A stretch of DNA of 64,000 bases from Acidimicrobiales bacterium (GCA_035697515.1 DASSCS010000085.1:5575-69574); one strand, 5' to 3'; shown: positions 10,166 to 19,497, counted from the stretch's first letter. Notes: generated by a model not told the origin, from the sequence alone. Translations and numbers: made by a program.

Positions 10166-10861
10166 TCACGGCTCGTCGGGATCGCGGCGTGCCACGGCAA
10201 GGCCGGCACGCAACCGTTCGGCCGCCAACCCCGCCGGCCCCGTGAGCCGGGCGAGCGCCGCCGGTTCGGGCTCGACGCCGAGGCTGTTGAGGGCCATCCC
10301 CACCATCTCGTAGTGGCCGACCAGGAAGCAGAGCTCGATCAGCTCCCGCTCGTCCAGGTAGGACGTGAGCGATCGCCACGTGCGGTCGGTGATCACCCGG
10401 TCGTCGAGCAACTCGTCGGTCGCAGCCAGCAGCGCCCTCCGGCGCCCGCTCCATCCCTCCGGCCCCGGGCCGGCGACCACGCGCTCGACGTCGTCGTCCT
10501 CCAGGCCGGCGCGGCGGGCCAGCGCCACGTGCTGCACCCACTCGTACCAGGACCCGCAGCGCCAGGCGGTGCGAAGGACGACGAGCTCGCGGTCGGCTGC
10601 GGGCAGGCGGCTGCGCACCAGGAGCGCACTCGAGAGCGGCAACCAGCGTCGGAACAGCCGGCGGTGCCGCCCGAGCGTGGTGATCACTCGCAGCGGCCCG
10701 GCCCCGGTGACCCGTCCTGTCACGACCGCCACCAGCCGGGCCAGGGGACCGAGCGAGCTCAGGGGCGCCGGTGGCACCCGCACCGGGGGGCCGGGCGGGG
10801 CCGGTGAGGTCGAGGCCACGGTCAGCTCGTCGCGATCGCCGTCGGCGGGGTTCCGGTCCAC
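10166..10861 (-). CDS. carboxymuconolactone decarboxylase (AhpD-like) family protein
   Basis: RELVVLRTAWRCGSWYEWVQHVALARRAGL...ELIELCFLVGHYEMVGMALNSLGVE is a typical CMD-domain pattern. Confidence 0.75.
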   Translation of the reverse strand: MDRNPADGDRDELTVASTSPAPPGPPVRVPPAPLSSLGPLARLVAVVTGRVTGAGPLRVITTLGRHRRLFRRWLPLSSALLVRSRLPAADRELVVLRTAWRCGSWYEWVQHVALARRAGLEDDDVERVVAGPGPEGWSGRRRALLAATDELLDDRVITDRTWRSLTSYLDERELIELCFLVGHYEMVGMALNSLGVEPEPAALARLTGPAGLAAERLRAGLAVARRDPDEP

Positions 10862-11001
10862 GAGGCGACGCTACCCGGGCACGTGCCGGACGGCCGCCGG
10901 CGCAGGGGGGCCTCCCGTGCCGGCTGGGGTGCTCACCGGGACCGGGTGAGACGGCGTCACGGAGGCCTGCGGGGCGCGGCTAGGGTCGGCCGACCATTGC
11001 C

Positions 11002-12099
11002 ATGACCGCCCTCCGCCGCCTCGGGGCCCTGCTGGCCCGCAACCCGCGACTCACCGCCATCGGGGCGGTGGTGGCCCTCGGCGCGCTCGCCCTGGTGGCG
11101 CTGCTGGTCGGTCGGGGGGAGCCGGAGCAGACGTCGACGGCACCCTCCACCACGACCTCAACCACGACCACCACCGCGCCGACGACCACCACGACGACGG
11201 AACCGCCACCGCCGGTGGCTCCGCTGACGGGATTGACCGGCGACTTCGGGGGACGGCTCGACCGGCCCGCGCTGGTGGTCAAGATCGACAACGTCGAGCG
11301 GGCCCGGCCCCAGGCGGGGCTCAACCAGGCCGACATCGTGTTCGAGGAGCCCGTCGAGGGCAACCTGACCCGCCTCGCGGCAGTGTTCCACTCCACCGAC
11401 GCCGACCCGGTGGGCCCGGTCCGGTCGGTGCGGACCACCGACCTCGAGATCCTGCCGCTGTTCGGGCGGCCGCTCTTCGCCTCGTCGGGTGGCAACGCGG
11501 GCGTCGTCCCCCAGCTCCATGCCACCAACGTGGTCGACATCGGCCAGAACGTCTCCAACCAGGGGTTCTACCGCTCGGGCATGCGGCCCGCCCCGCACAA
11601 CCTCATCACCTCGACGCCGAATCTCTACGGCAAGGCGCCCGAGCTGCCCGCCCCGCCGAAGCCCATCTTCTCGTACCTCGAGCCGGGGGACAGGCACCCG
11701 CGCGGCTCGCCCGCGGTGGGCGGCGTCGCCCTGCGCTTCGGCGGCCCCGAGGTGTCGCGGTTCACCTGGGACGCCGCCAGCCGCACCTGGCTGCGCAGCC
11801 AGCGCGGGCGGCCGCACGTCGACGCCAGGGGCGTGCGGGTCGCGCCCGAGAACGTGCTGGTGATGGAGATCACCTACGACCGCTCAGGCCAGCGGGGCCG
11901 GTCCGTGCCCCACGGGGTCGTGACCGGGAAGGGTCGCGTGTGGGCGCTGGTCGGGGGGCAGGCGGTCGAGGGCACCTGGCGCCGCCCCGGCGTCGGCGAC
12001 CCGCTGGAGCTCAAGGCGCTCGACGGCTCCGAGCTCAAGCTCACCCCCGGGCAGACCTTCGTCGAGCTCACCACGCCGGGCGGCTGGTCCTTCACCTGA
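11002..12099 (+). CDS. DUF3048 domain protein (membrane-anchored/secreted)
   Basis: N-terminal TM, Ser/Thr/Pro linker (TSTAPSTTTSTTTTTAPTTTTTTEPPPP), then APLTGL...RPALVVKIDNVERARPQAGLNQADIVFEEPVEG, the hallmark of DUF3048. Confidence 0.8.
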   Translation: MTALRRLGALLARNPRLTAIGAVVALGALALVALLVGRGEPEQTSTAPSTTTSTTTTTAPTTTTTTEPPPPVAPLTGLTGDFGGRLDRPALVVKIDNVERARPQAGLNQADIVFEEPVEGNLTRLAAVFHSTDADPVGPVRSVRTTDLEILPLFGRPLFASSGGNAGVVPQLHATNVVDIGQNVSNQGFYRSGMRPAPHNLITSTPNLYGKAPELPAPPKPIFSYLEPGDRHPRGSPAVGGVALRFGGPEVSRFTWDAASRTWLRSQRGRPHVDARGVRVAPENVLVMEITYDRSGQRGRSVPHGVVTGKGRVWALVGGQAVEGTWRRPGVGDPLELKALDGSELKLTPGQTFVELTTPGGWSFT

Positions 12100-12187
12100 T
12101 CCCCGCCGCCCAGCGCTCAGACCCCGCCCGCCTGCGCAGGTGCGGCGCCGGCGGGCCGAGCCGGCCGGCGCCGCTAGGGTCCGCGCC

Positions 12188-12748
12188 ATGGCAGCACCTG
12201 GAGGCACCGGGCCGATCGGGCCGTTCCCGCCACGGGTCGTCGGTGACGAGGCCCAGGAGGACTACGACCGCATGCGCCGACGGCTGCTGTGGACGCTGCC
12301 GTCGGGCCTGTACGTGGTGGGCAGCCGGGCGGGCGAGCGGCGCAACCTGATGACCCTCAACTGGGCCACCCAGGTGAGCTTCGACCCCAAGCTGGTGGGC
12401 ATCAGCGTCGAGAAGACCGCCGTCACCCACGGGTTGATCGCCGAGGGTGGGAGCTTCACGCTCAACACCGTGGCGCGCGAGGACCGGGCCATCGTCCGCA
12501 AGTTCACCAAGCCGGTCGAGCACGACGCGGCGGCGCGCACGCTGAACGGCTTCGCGTATCACGACGGGCCCAGCGGCGCGCCCATCCTCGACGTCGCCGC
12601 GGCCTGGCTCGACTGCGACGTGCGCCACCCGGTCGACTGCGGGGGCCACACGTTCTTCGTCGGCGAGGTCGTCGACTGCGCCTTCCGCCGGCCCGAGGAC
12701 ACCGAGGTGCTGCGCATGGAGGACACCCGCATGAGCTACGGCGGCTGA
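12188..12748 (+). CDS. flavin reductase family protein
   Basis: LPSGLYVVGSRAGERRNLMTLNWATQVSFDPKLVGISV is a flavin reductase-like FMN-binding domain. ATG 12188 chosen; the track ORF opens at 12140. Confidence 0.8.
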   Translation: MAAPGGTGPIGPFPPRVVGDEAQEDYDRMRRRLLWTLPSGLYVVGSRAGERRNLMTLNWATQVSFDPKLVGISVEKTAVTHGLIAEGGSFTLNTVAREDRAIVRKFTKPVEHDAAARTLNGFAYHDGPSGAPILDVAAAWLDCDVRHPVDCGGHTFFVGEVVDCAFRRPEDTEVLRMEDTRMSYGG

Positions 12749-12761
12749 GGGCAGGGCAGCG

Positions 12762-14030
12762 ATGACCGATCGACACCACCCGTTCCCCACCGAGGGACGC
12801 CCCGTCGACGACCTGGTGGCCGAGATGCGGGGCGGCCGGGGCGACGACGCCGACTGGCGCGGCGGGCGCACGTTCAGCCTGGTCTACAACGCCTCGGACC
12901 CCGAGCTCGAGCGCCTGCACGAGGCCGTCGCACACGAGTACCTGCACGAGAACTACCTCAACCCCTTCGCCTTCCCCAGCCTCATGCGCATGGAGCGCGA
13001 GGTGGTGGCCATGGCCGCCGACCTGGTGTACGGCAACCCCCGCGGCGGCAAGCTCACCAGCGGCGGCACCGAGAGCCTGTTCCTCGCCGTGCAGGTGGCC
13101 CGCGACCACGCCCGCGGGCAGCGGGGCATCGCCGAGCCGACCGTGGTGCTGCCCTCGACCGCGCATCCGGCCTTCGCCAAGGCCTGCCACTACCTCGACG
13201 TCGACGAGGTGAGGGTGCCCGTGACGGCCGACGGTCGGGCCGACCCCGCCGCCACGCGGGCCGCGGTCGACGACCGCACCGCGCTGGTGGTGGGCTCGGC
13301 GCCGTGCTACCCGTACGGCGTCGTCGACCCGATCCCCGACCTGGCGGCGCTGGCGACCGAGCAGGGCGCGCTGTGTCACGTCGACGCCTGCCTGGGCGGC
13401 TGGCTGCTGCCCTTCCTCGAGCGCCTGGGCGAGCCGATCCCGCCGTGGGACTTCCGGGTCGAGGGCGTGACGTCTCTGTCGGCCGACGTCCACAAGTACG
13501 GCTGGTGCTTCAAGGGGGCCTCGCTGCTGCTGCACCGCGACGAGGACCTGCTGCGGCTCCAGTACTTCCTCTACGACGGCTGGCCCGGCGGGCTGTACGG
13601 CTCGGCCACCACGGCGGGCACCCGCCCGGCCGCGCCCATCGCCGCCGCCTGGGCCACGATCAACCACCTGGGCCTGGAGGGCTACCTGCGGCTCGCCGGG
13701 CAGGTGCGGGACGCCTCGGCCCGGCTGCGGGCGGGCGTCGAGGCGATCGACGGCGTGACCGTCACGGGCGACCCGGTGCCGGGCGTGCTGGAGATCGCGG
13801 CCGCACCCCCCGACCCTGGCGCCGGCGCGCCCGAGGTCGACATGAGCGCCGTCGGCGACGTGATGGACGACCGCGGCTGGCACCTCGACCGGCAGCAGGG
13901 CGGGTTGCACGCCATCGTGTCGCCATCACACGGCGAGGTGGCCGACCGGTTCGTGGCCGACCTGGCCGACGCGGTCGCCACCCACGGCGAGAGCCGGGGC
14001 GTCGAGGCCCGCTACGGCGGGGTGGAGTGA
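12762..14030 (+). CDS. pyridoxal phosphate-dependent decarboxylase (sphingosine-1-phosphate lyase-like, group II)
   Basis: GGTESLFLAV and SLSADVHKYGWCFKGASLLLHR (PLP lysine in the HK context). Confidence 0.8.
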   Translation: MTDRHHPFPTEGRPVDDLVAEMRGGRGDDADWRGGRTFSLVYNASDPELERLHEAVAHEYLHENYLNPFAFPSLMRMEREVVAMAADLVYGNPRGGKLTSGGTESLFLAVQVARDHARGQRGIAEPTVVLPSTAHPAFAKACHYLDVDEVRVPVTADGRADPAATRAAVDDRTALVVGSAPCYPYGVVDPIPDLAALATEQGALCHVDACLGGWLLPFLERLGEPIPPWDFRVEGVTSLSADVHKYGWCFKGASLLLHRDEDLLRLQYFLYDGWPGGLYGSATTAGTRPAAPIAAAWATINHLGLEGYLRLAGQVRDASARLRAGVEAIDGVTVTGDPVPGVLEIAAAPPDPGAGAPEVDMSAVGDVMDDRGWHLDRQQGGLHAIVSPSHGEVADRFVADLADAVATHGESRGVEARYGGVE

Positions 14031-14034
14031 GGCG

Positions 14035-14742
14035 GTGCCCCGGTCGGCCGCCGCGCCCCTGCCCAAGTTCGCCGGTGCCGTGCTGTGCGGGGGCGCGAGC
14101 CGGCGCATGGGGCGCGACAAGGCGCTCATCGCACTGGAGGGCCGGGCGCTCGCGGTGCGGGTGGCGGAGGCCGTGGCCGCCGCGGGGGCGTCCGTGGTGG
14201 TGGCGGTGGGCGGCGACCTCGAGCGCCTGCGGGCCGCAGGGCTGGCCGCGGTGCCCGACCGCGACGGGCCCGGCGCCGGCCCGCTGGCGGGAATCCTCAC
14301 GGCACTGACCAGCCACGACCGCGCCACCAGCCCGTCTGGTTCGCCCGGTGCGCGCGGGTCCGCGGCGGGCCTCGTCCCCGGCCCGCCCACCCGCGTACCG
14401 CCGCCCGAGGACGCCGGGGGCGACGGCATCGTGTTCGTCGCCTCGTGCGACCTGGTCAGGCCGTCGGCCGAGGCGGTGGTCGCGACCGTGCGGGCGCTCT
14501 CGGCCCGGGCCGACGCCGATGTGGCCGTGCCCGTGGTGGCGTCCCGGCGCCAGTGGATGCACGCGGCCTGGCGCCGCCGGGCCGCGGCGCCACTGGCCGC
14601 GGCGCTGTCCGGCGGCGAGCGAGCGGTGCACGCCGCGGTGGCGGCGGGTGGCTTGCGAGTCGTCGACGTCGACATCGACGCGGCCGCGGTAGCCGACGCC
14701 GACCGTCCGGCCGACCTCCCGTCGGGCCGCTCCGCCGGCTGA
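14035..14742 (+). CDS. mobA: molybdenum cofactor guanylyltransferase (MobA-like) with internal low-complexity insertion
   Basis: FAGAVLCGGASRRMGRDKAL and DGPGAGPLAGILTAL, then VFVASCDL. About 40 aa of Pro/Gly/Ser-rich sequence lies between the last two motifs. Confidence 0.7.
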   Translation: MPRSAAAPLPKFAGAVLCGGASRRMGRDKALIALEGRALAVRVAEAVAAAGASVVVAVGGDLERLRAAGLAAVPDRDGPGAGPLAGILTALTSHDRATSPSGSPGARGSAAGLVPGPPTRVPPPEDAGGDGIVFVASCDLVRPSAEAVVATVRALSARADADVAVPVVASRRQWMHAAWRRRAAAPLAAALSGGERAVHAAVAAGGLRVVDVDIDAAAVADADRPADLPSGRSAG

Positions 14743-14844
14743 CCGGGCTAACCCAGGACCGCGCGCCACGCCGCGCCGCCGGCGTTGCGCCGGGAGTTCC
14801 GGCGTGTGACGGCCCGGCGGGACTGACCCGATAGCCTCGGCGCC

Positions 14845-15165
14845 ATGGAGGTCCCCGAGATCGACGTCACCGAACTTGCTCGCCTGCGTCCAGACGGCAT
14901 CGCCCTGATCGACGTCCGCCAGCCCGACGAGTACACGGCCGCCCACGTGCCCGGCGCCACTCTCGTCCCGCTCGCCATGGTGCCCGACAACCTCGACAGG
15001 GTGCCGACCGACGGGCCCGTGTACGTGATCTGCGCCAAGGGCGGCCGCAGCCTGAAGGCCGCCGAGTTCTACCGGGGCCAGGGCATCGACGCGGTCAACG
15101 TGGCAGGCGGCACGACCGCCTGGCTCGACGCCGGGCAGCCGGTGTCCACGGGAATGGAGCCGTAA
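14845..15165 (+). CDS. rhodanese-like domain protein
   Basis: LIDVRQPDEYTAAHVPGA with active-site loop VICAKGGRS. 106 aa, single domain. Confidence 0.85.
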   Translation: MEVPEIDVTELARLRPDGIALIDVRQPDEYTAAHVPGATLVPLAMVPDNLDRVPTDGPVYVICAKGGRSLKAAEFYRGQGIDAVNVAGGTTAWLDAGQPVSTGMEP

Positions 15166-15179
15166 CGGCGCCGTCAGGT

Positions 15180-16376
15180 CCACCGGCCTATCGCTGGATC
15201 GCCCACCAGCGTGACTTCGACGCCTTCATCGATGCGGCGGCGTCGGCGGGCACGTTCGCGCTCGACACCGAGTTCCACCGCGAGCGCACCTACTACGCCC
15301 ACCTGGCCCTGCTGCAGGTTGCAGCCGGAGGCGACGTGGTGGTCGTCGATCCGCTGGTCGTCGACGTGCGGCCGCTGGCCGCGCTGCTCGAGAGCGATGT
15401 GACCTGCATCATGCACGCCGCCAGCCAGGACCTCGAGATCCTCGAGCGGGCCTGCGGCGTGGGCCCCCGTCGCCTCGTCGACACGCAGGTGGGCGCCGGG
15501 TTCGTGGGCCTGGGTTCGCCGGGGCTCGGCGTGCTGCTGCAACGGCGCCTCGGCATCAACCTGCCCAAGGCCGACCGGCTGACCGACTGGCTGCACCGCC
15601 CGCTCAACGACGAGGCCCTCAGCTACGCCGCCGCGGATGTGGCCCACCTCGACGCGCTGTGGGACTCGCTGCGCATCGAGCTCGACCGGCGGGGGCGGCT
15701 GGCGTGGGCCCTCGACGAGTGCGACACCACCCGACTGCGCTTCCGCGACCCGGCCGATCCTGAGGTGGCGTGGTGGCGCATCAAGGAGGCTCGCCGGCTC
15801 AAGGGCAGGGCCCGCGGCGTCGCCCAGGCGGTCGCCGGCTGGCGCGAGCGGCGGGCCCGCGAGCTCGACCGCCCGGTGCGCCACGTGCTGCCCGACCTGG
15901 CGGTCGTCGCCATCGCCGAGCGCCCGCCCCGGGCCCGCCAGGACCTTGCGCGCGTGCGCGGCCTCGACGGTCGCCACCTCAAGGGCGGTGCGGGCGACGA
16001 GCTGATGGTGGCGGTCAAGGCCGGTGCCGACCTGACCGAGGACGAGCTGCGCCTGCCGCCCCGCGACGGCGTCGACTCGACGTTCCGCCCGGCGGTCACC
16101 CTGGCCTCGGCGTGGGTCAGCCAGCTGTCGCGCAACGCCGACCTCGACGCCTCGCTGGTGGCCACACGCGCCGACATCGAGGCCCTGGTGCGGGGCGACG
16201 ACAGCTCGCGGCTGCTGTCCGGCTGGCGGGCCGACGTGGCCGGACTGCCCGTCCGCCGCCTGCTGGAGGGGAACGCCGCCCTCGCCTTCGACGGCGACGG
16301 CTCGCTGGTGCTCGAGGCCCGCTCGCACGAGCCGCCCCCCGGCGTGCGGGGCGTGCGCGGCCCGGGCGTCGCCTGA
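15180..16376 (+). CDS. rnd: ribonuclease D-like 3'-5' exonuclease with HRDC domain (start codon unresolved)
   Basis: My hand translation of this frame upstream of the track ORF (15336..16376) gives PAYRWIAHQRDFDAFIDAAASAGTFALDTEFHRERTYYAHLALLQVAAGGD. This contains the first DEDD exonuclease motif, followed by MHAASQDLEIL. The first ATG/GTG/TTG in frame is 15336, so the true start is unclear (see findings). Confidence 0.7.
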   Translation, partial: PPAYRWIAHQRDFDAFIDAAASAGTFALDTEFHRERTYYAHLALLQVAAGGDVVVVDPLVVDVRPLAALLESDVTCIMHAASQDLEILERACGVGPRRLVDTQVGAGFVGLGSPGLGVLLQRRLGINLPKADRLTDWLHRPLNDEALSYAAADVAHLDALWDSLRIELDRRGRLAWALDECDTTRLRFRDPADPEVAWWRIKEARRLKGRARGVAQAVAGWRERRARELDRPVRHVLPDLAVVAIAERPPRARQDLARVRGLDGRHLKGGAGDELMVAVKAGADLTEDELRLPPRDGVDSTFRPAVTLASAWVSQLSRNADLDASLVATRADIEALVRGDDSSRLLSGWRADVAGLPVRRLLEGNAALAFDGDGSLVLEARSHEPPPGVRGVRGPGVA

Positions 16377-16653
16377 CGCATGCGGCCGCCTTCAGCCTCG
16401 AGGACGGGGCCGCGCCGCTGGCGGCGGCGTTCGCCAGCGTCGAGCGGGTCGACTGCCCGCCCAGCCACGTCGTCGTCGTCGACGCCGACGCTCTCGCCGA
16501 CTACGTCGCCAGCGTCGGTGACCACTACGAGGACGAGGTTGGCGTGCCGTGGTCGGCCGTGGTGGCACACGTGCGCGACCTGGCCGGCGCGGCGGTGGCG
16601 CGCGCGGGGCGGTGCGGATCAGCGCCGCGACCGGCGCCTTCGTCTGCCGCTGA
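16377..16653 (+). pseudogene. orphan C-terminal remnant of a methyltransferase-like gene (no start, one frameshift)
   Basis: Directly after the rnd stop, another frame reads AAAFSLEDGAAPLAAAFASVERVDCPPSHVVVVDADALADYVASV...VRDLAGAAVARAG. After the G4 run near 16606-16609, the adjacent frame continues GAVRISAATGAFVCR-stop (16651-16653). There is no start codon and no N-terminal domain. Confidence 0.4.
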
Positions 16654-16779
16654 GAGCAAGGACGGCCACGGCCCGCCCCCGCCCTCGCAAGACATCCCGC
16701 GCTGTACCACCGTGCGGCGCAGGCACCATCGCTGCGCGCTGCGCGACCTCGCCGTGCTCGAGGCTGAGCCGGCGCCCGC

Positions 16780-18309
16780 CTAGGCCGGCTCGATCAGCAC
16801 GGCCCGGTCGGACCCGAGCGTGCCGGGGAAGGGGCTGCCCTCGCCTGCACCGTCGCTGGCCACCACGACGGTCCCGGCCAGCTCGAGGGCGGCGGGGGAG
16901 GCACCCATGTTGACCGCCACGACGCGGTCGCCCGAGCCCACGCCGCCGCTGCGGCGCCAGGCGACCACGTCGGCCCCCGCGTCCAGCATCTCGAAGTCGC
17001 CCAGGCGCAGGGCGGGTGACGCGCGGCGGGCCGCCAGCAGGCGGCGGTAGAGGTGGAGGATCGACGACGTGTCGGCGGACAGGTCCTCGACGTTGCGGCG
17101 CTCGGGCTCAGGCGGCCACGGCAGCCACGGGTCTGTGACGCCCCAGCCGTGGTCGGCCGCCCCGGTCCAGGGGATGGGCGCCCGGCAGCCGTCGCGGCCG
17201 CCCGGATCGACCACCCGGTCGGGCGGCACCACGGCGTCCTCCAGCCCCAGCTCCTCGCCGGCGTACAGCACCGGTGAGCCCCGCAGCCCCAGCAGCAGGA
17301 ACAGCGCCGCCCGGGCCCGGTCCTCGCTGCCGTAGCGGCTGCGGTGACGCACGTTGTCGTGGTTGGACAGCACCCACGTGGCCCAGGCGCCGCGGCCGTC
17401 GATCAGCCGGTGGGTGTCGGCGATCTGCGCCCGCCAGCGGTCGGCCCGCCAGCGGGTGTACAGCGGCGGGAAGTTGAACGACAGGTGCAGCTCGTCGCCC
17501 TCGCCGTAGTACGTGGCGACCAGCTCGGTCGACAGCAGGTAGACCTCGCCCAGGATCAGGCGGTCGCCCGGGTACGAGTCGACCAGCGTGCGCATGTCGC
17601 GGATCAGCTCGTGGGTGCGGGCGGTGTCGTTGAGGGTCGCGTGCGGGATGCCGGCCATCTCGGGCGGGTCGTCGGGCAGGCCCGGGGCCTTGCCGATGCC
17701 GTGCACGACGTCGATGCGGAAGCCGTCGACCCCCCGGTCGAGCCAGAAGCGCATGACGTCGTGCATCGCCTCGACCACCTCGGGGTTGTCCCAGTCGAGG
17801 TCGGGCTGCTGGGGCAGGAACTGGTGCAGGTACCACTGGCCGGTGGCGTCGTCCCAGGTCCAGGCAGGGACGGGCGAGAAGGCCGCCATCCAGTTGTTGG
17901 GCGGCTCGTCCGGCGTGCCGTCGCGCCAGACGTACCAGTCGCGCTTCGGGTCGTCGCGGCTCGACCGCGCGGCCACGAACCACGGGTGCCGGTCGGACGT
18001 GTGGTTGGGCACGAGGTCGACGAGGAGCCGCAGGTCGCGCTCGTGGCAGGCGCCGAGGAGCTTGTCGAAGTCGGCCAGGTCGCCGTAGGCGGGGTCGATG
18101 TCGCAGTAGTCGGACACGTCGTAGCCGAAGTCGGCCTGGGGCGACGGATAGAACGGCGACAGCCACACCGCGTCGACCCCCAGGAAGCTCAGGTGGTCAA
18201 GCTGCGCCTCGATGCCCGCCAGGTCGCCCGTCGGCGCTGGTCGGCTGGTCGCGAACGAGCGGGGATAGATCTGATAGAAGACGGCGGAGCGCCACCACGG
18301 GGCAGTCAT
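16780..18309 (-). CDS. GH13 alpha-glucosidase / oligo-1,6-glucosidase family
   Basis: The real gene is the last 509 codons of track ORF 16780..19068, starting MTAPWWRSAVFYQIYPRSF. Motifs: GVDAVWLSPF, LLVDLVPNHTS, VDGFRIDVVHG, ILGEVYL, VLSNHDN. Confidence 0.9.
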   Translation of the reverse strand: MTAPWWRSAVFYQIYPRSFATSRPAPTGDLAGIEAQLDHLSFLGVDAVWLSPFYPSPQADFGYDVSDYCDIDPAYGDLADFDKLLGACHERDLRLLVDLVPNHTSDRHPWFVAARSSRDDPKRDWYVWRDGTPDEPPNNWMAAFSPVPAWTWDDATGQWYLHQFLPQQPDLDWDNPEVVEAMHDVMRFWLDRGVDGFRIDVVHGIGKAPGLPDDPPEMAGIPHATLNDTARTHELIRDMRTLVDSYPGDRLILGEVYLLSTELVATYYGEGDELHLSFNFPPLYTRWRADRWRAQIADTHRLIDGRGAWATWVLSNHDNVRHRSRYGSEDRARAALFLLLGLRGSPVLYAGEELGLEDAVVPPDRVVDPGGRDGCRAPIPWTGAADHGWGVTDPWLPWPPEPERRNVEDLSADTSSILHLYRRLLAARRASPALRLGDFEMLDAGADVVAWRRSGGVGSGDRVVAVNMGASPAALELAGTVVVASDGAGEGSPFPGTLGSDRAVLIEPA

Positions 18310-18440
18310 GGCCTGATCGTAGGGTGGAGACGTGGTAGGAAAGTGCGTGGGACGCCCCGAGCAGCATGCACCGGGGACGATCAGCCGGCCCGACCGGCGA
18401 TACACTTCCTCGCCGAACGCGACTACGTGGGAGCTGGCCC

Positions 18441-18620
18441 GTGAAGAAGGGTCGACATCGACGATTCGAGGAAGCGCGCGCGCTGAAGCGCAGTAACGAC
18501 CTCGACATCTCAGAAATCTTCGCTCCGGCCGATGCCGAGCCCTGCGCCGAGTGCGGTGCGGAGCCCGGGGACGACCATGCCGCCTGGTGCATGGCCGACT
18601 CGGCCGATGACGACGACTAG
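18441..18620 (+). CDS. small conserved-looking Cys/His protein (59 aa)
   Basis: GTG 18441 is preceded by GGGAG (18429-18433). Product: VKKGRHRRFEEARALKRSNDLDISEIFAPADAEPCAECGAEPGDDHAAWCMADSADDDD, with a CxxC...HxxWC motif. Mixed codon bias. Confidence 0.5.
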   Translation: MKKGRHRRFEEARALKRSNDLDISEIFAPADAEPCAECGAEPGDDHAAWCMADSADDDD

Positions 18621-18658
18621 CAGGCTCCTGTAGGCACAACCAGACGGCGCGCTGGCGA

Positions 18659-19414
18659 TCAGCTCCGCCGGATCGCTGGGTGAGGCAGGAAGCTCTCGGT
18701 GGCGCGCGCCCGCGCCGTCGACTCGACGTGCTCGACGAACCTCTCGTAGGCCCACCTGCCCACCAGCTCGACGATCTCGTCCCGCAGCTCGACGTAGACG
18801 GGTCGGGTGCCGACGAAGGCGTCGGGCGCCTCGGTGCACCACCAGTGGAACTCGTGCCCGCCCGCACCCCAGTCGCGGCGCTTCCACTCGCGCAACGTCG
18901 ATGTGACCTGCCCCGACTCGTCGGTGCTCTCGACCAGCCGCAGCGGCAGCTGCCAGCACACGTCGGGCTTCCAGTCGAGCGGGCGCTCGCGGGCCTCGAG
19001 CGCGCCGCGGTGCAGGGCGCAGCCGGCCCCACCCGGGAACCCGGGCCGGTTGAGGAAGATGCACGCATCGCCCACCAGCCGGGTCACCAGGCTGCCGTCG
19101 GGCTTGCGCCTGATGGGCCCGCCCCGGCGCACGGCCAGGCGGCGGTGCTGCCACTGGGCGTCGGTCAGGCGGTCGGCGGCGCCGAGGGTGGCGTTGGCGT
19201 CGTCCTCGTCGACGAAGTGGGCCCCGTAGCTGCAGCATCCCTGCTCCAGCTCGGGTGCGGCCTCGGTGAGCACGCCCTTGCAGCCCTGCCCGTAGATGCA
19301 GCGCCACGGGCTGGTGAGGAACGTGACGTCGAAGGACAGCGTGCGGTGCTCGTCGGGCGCGTCGAACTGGACGAACTCGTGGACATCGGGGGGCGGCGAG
19401 GCCATCGGGGCCAC
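18659..19414 (-). CDS. conserved Cys-rich hypothetical protein
   Basis: 251-aa ORF with high GC3. Cys clusters: WRCIYGQGCKGV, GCCSYGAHF, GDACIFLNRPGFPGGAGCALH, DVCWQLP. Probably binds metal or Fe-S; I cannot name the family with confidence. Confidence 0.7.
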   Translation of the reverse strand: MAPMASPPPDVHEFVQFDAPDEHRTLSFDVTFLTSPWRCIYGQGCKGVLTEAAPELEQGCCSYGAHFVDEDDANATLGAADRLTDAQWQHRRLAVRRGGPIRRKPDGSLVTRLVGDACIFLNRPGFPGGAGCALHRGALEARERPLDWKPDVCWQLPLRLVESTDESGQVTSTLREWKRRDWGAGGHEFHWWCTEAPDAFVGTRPVYVELRDEIVELVGRWAYERFVEHVESTARARATESFLPHPAIRRS

Positions 19415-19497
19415 GTTGGCACATCTGCCATGCTGGTGCGCCCGGCGACAGCCCGCCGACCAGCCGGGCGGCGCGGGCCCGGCGAGAGGAGCGCAGC

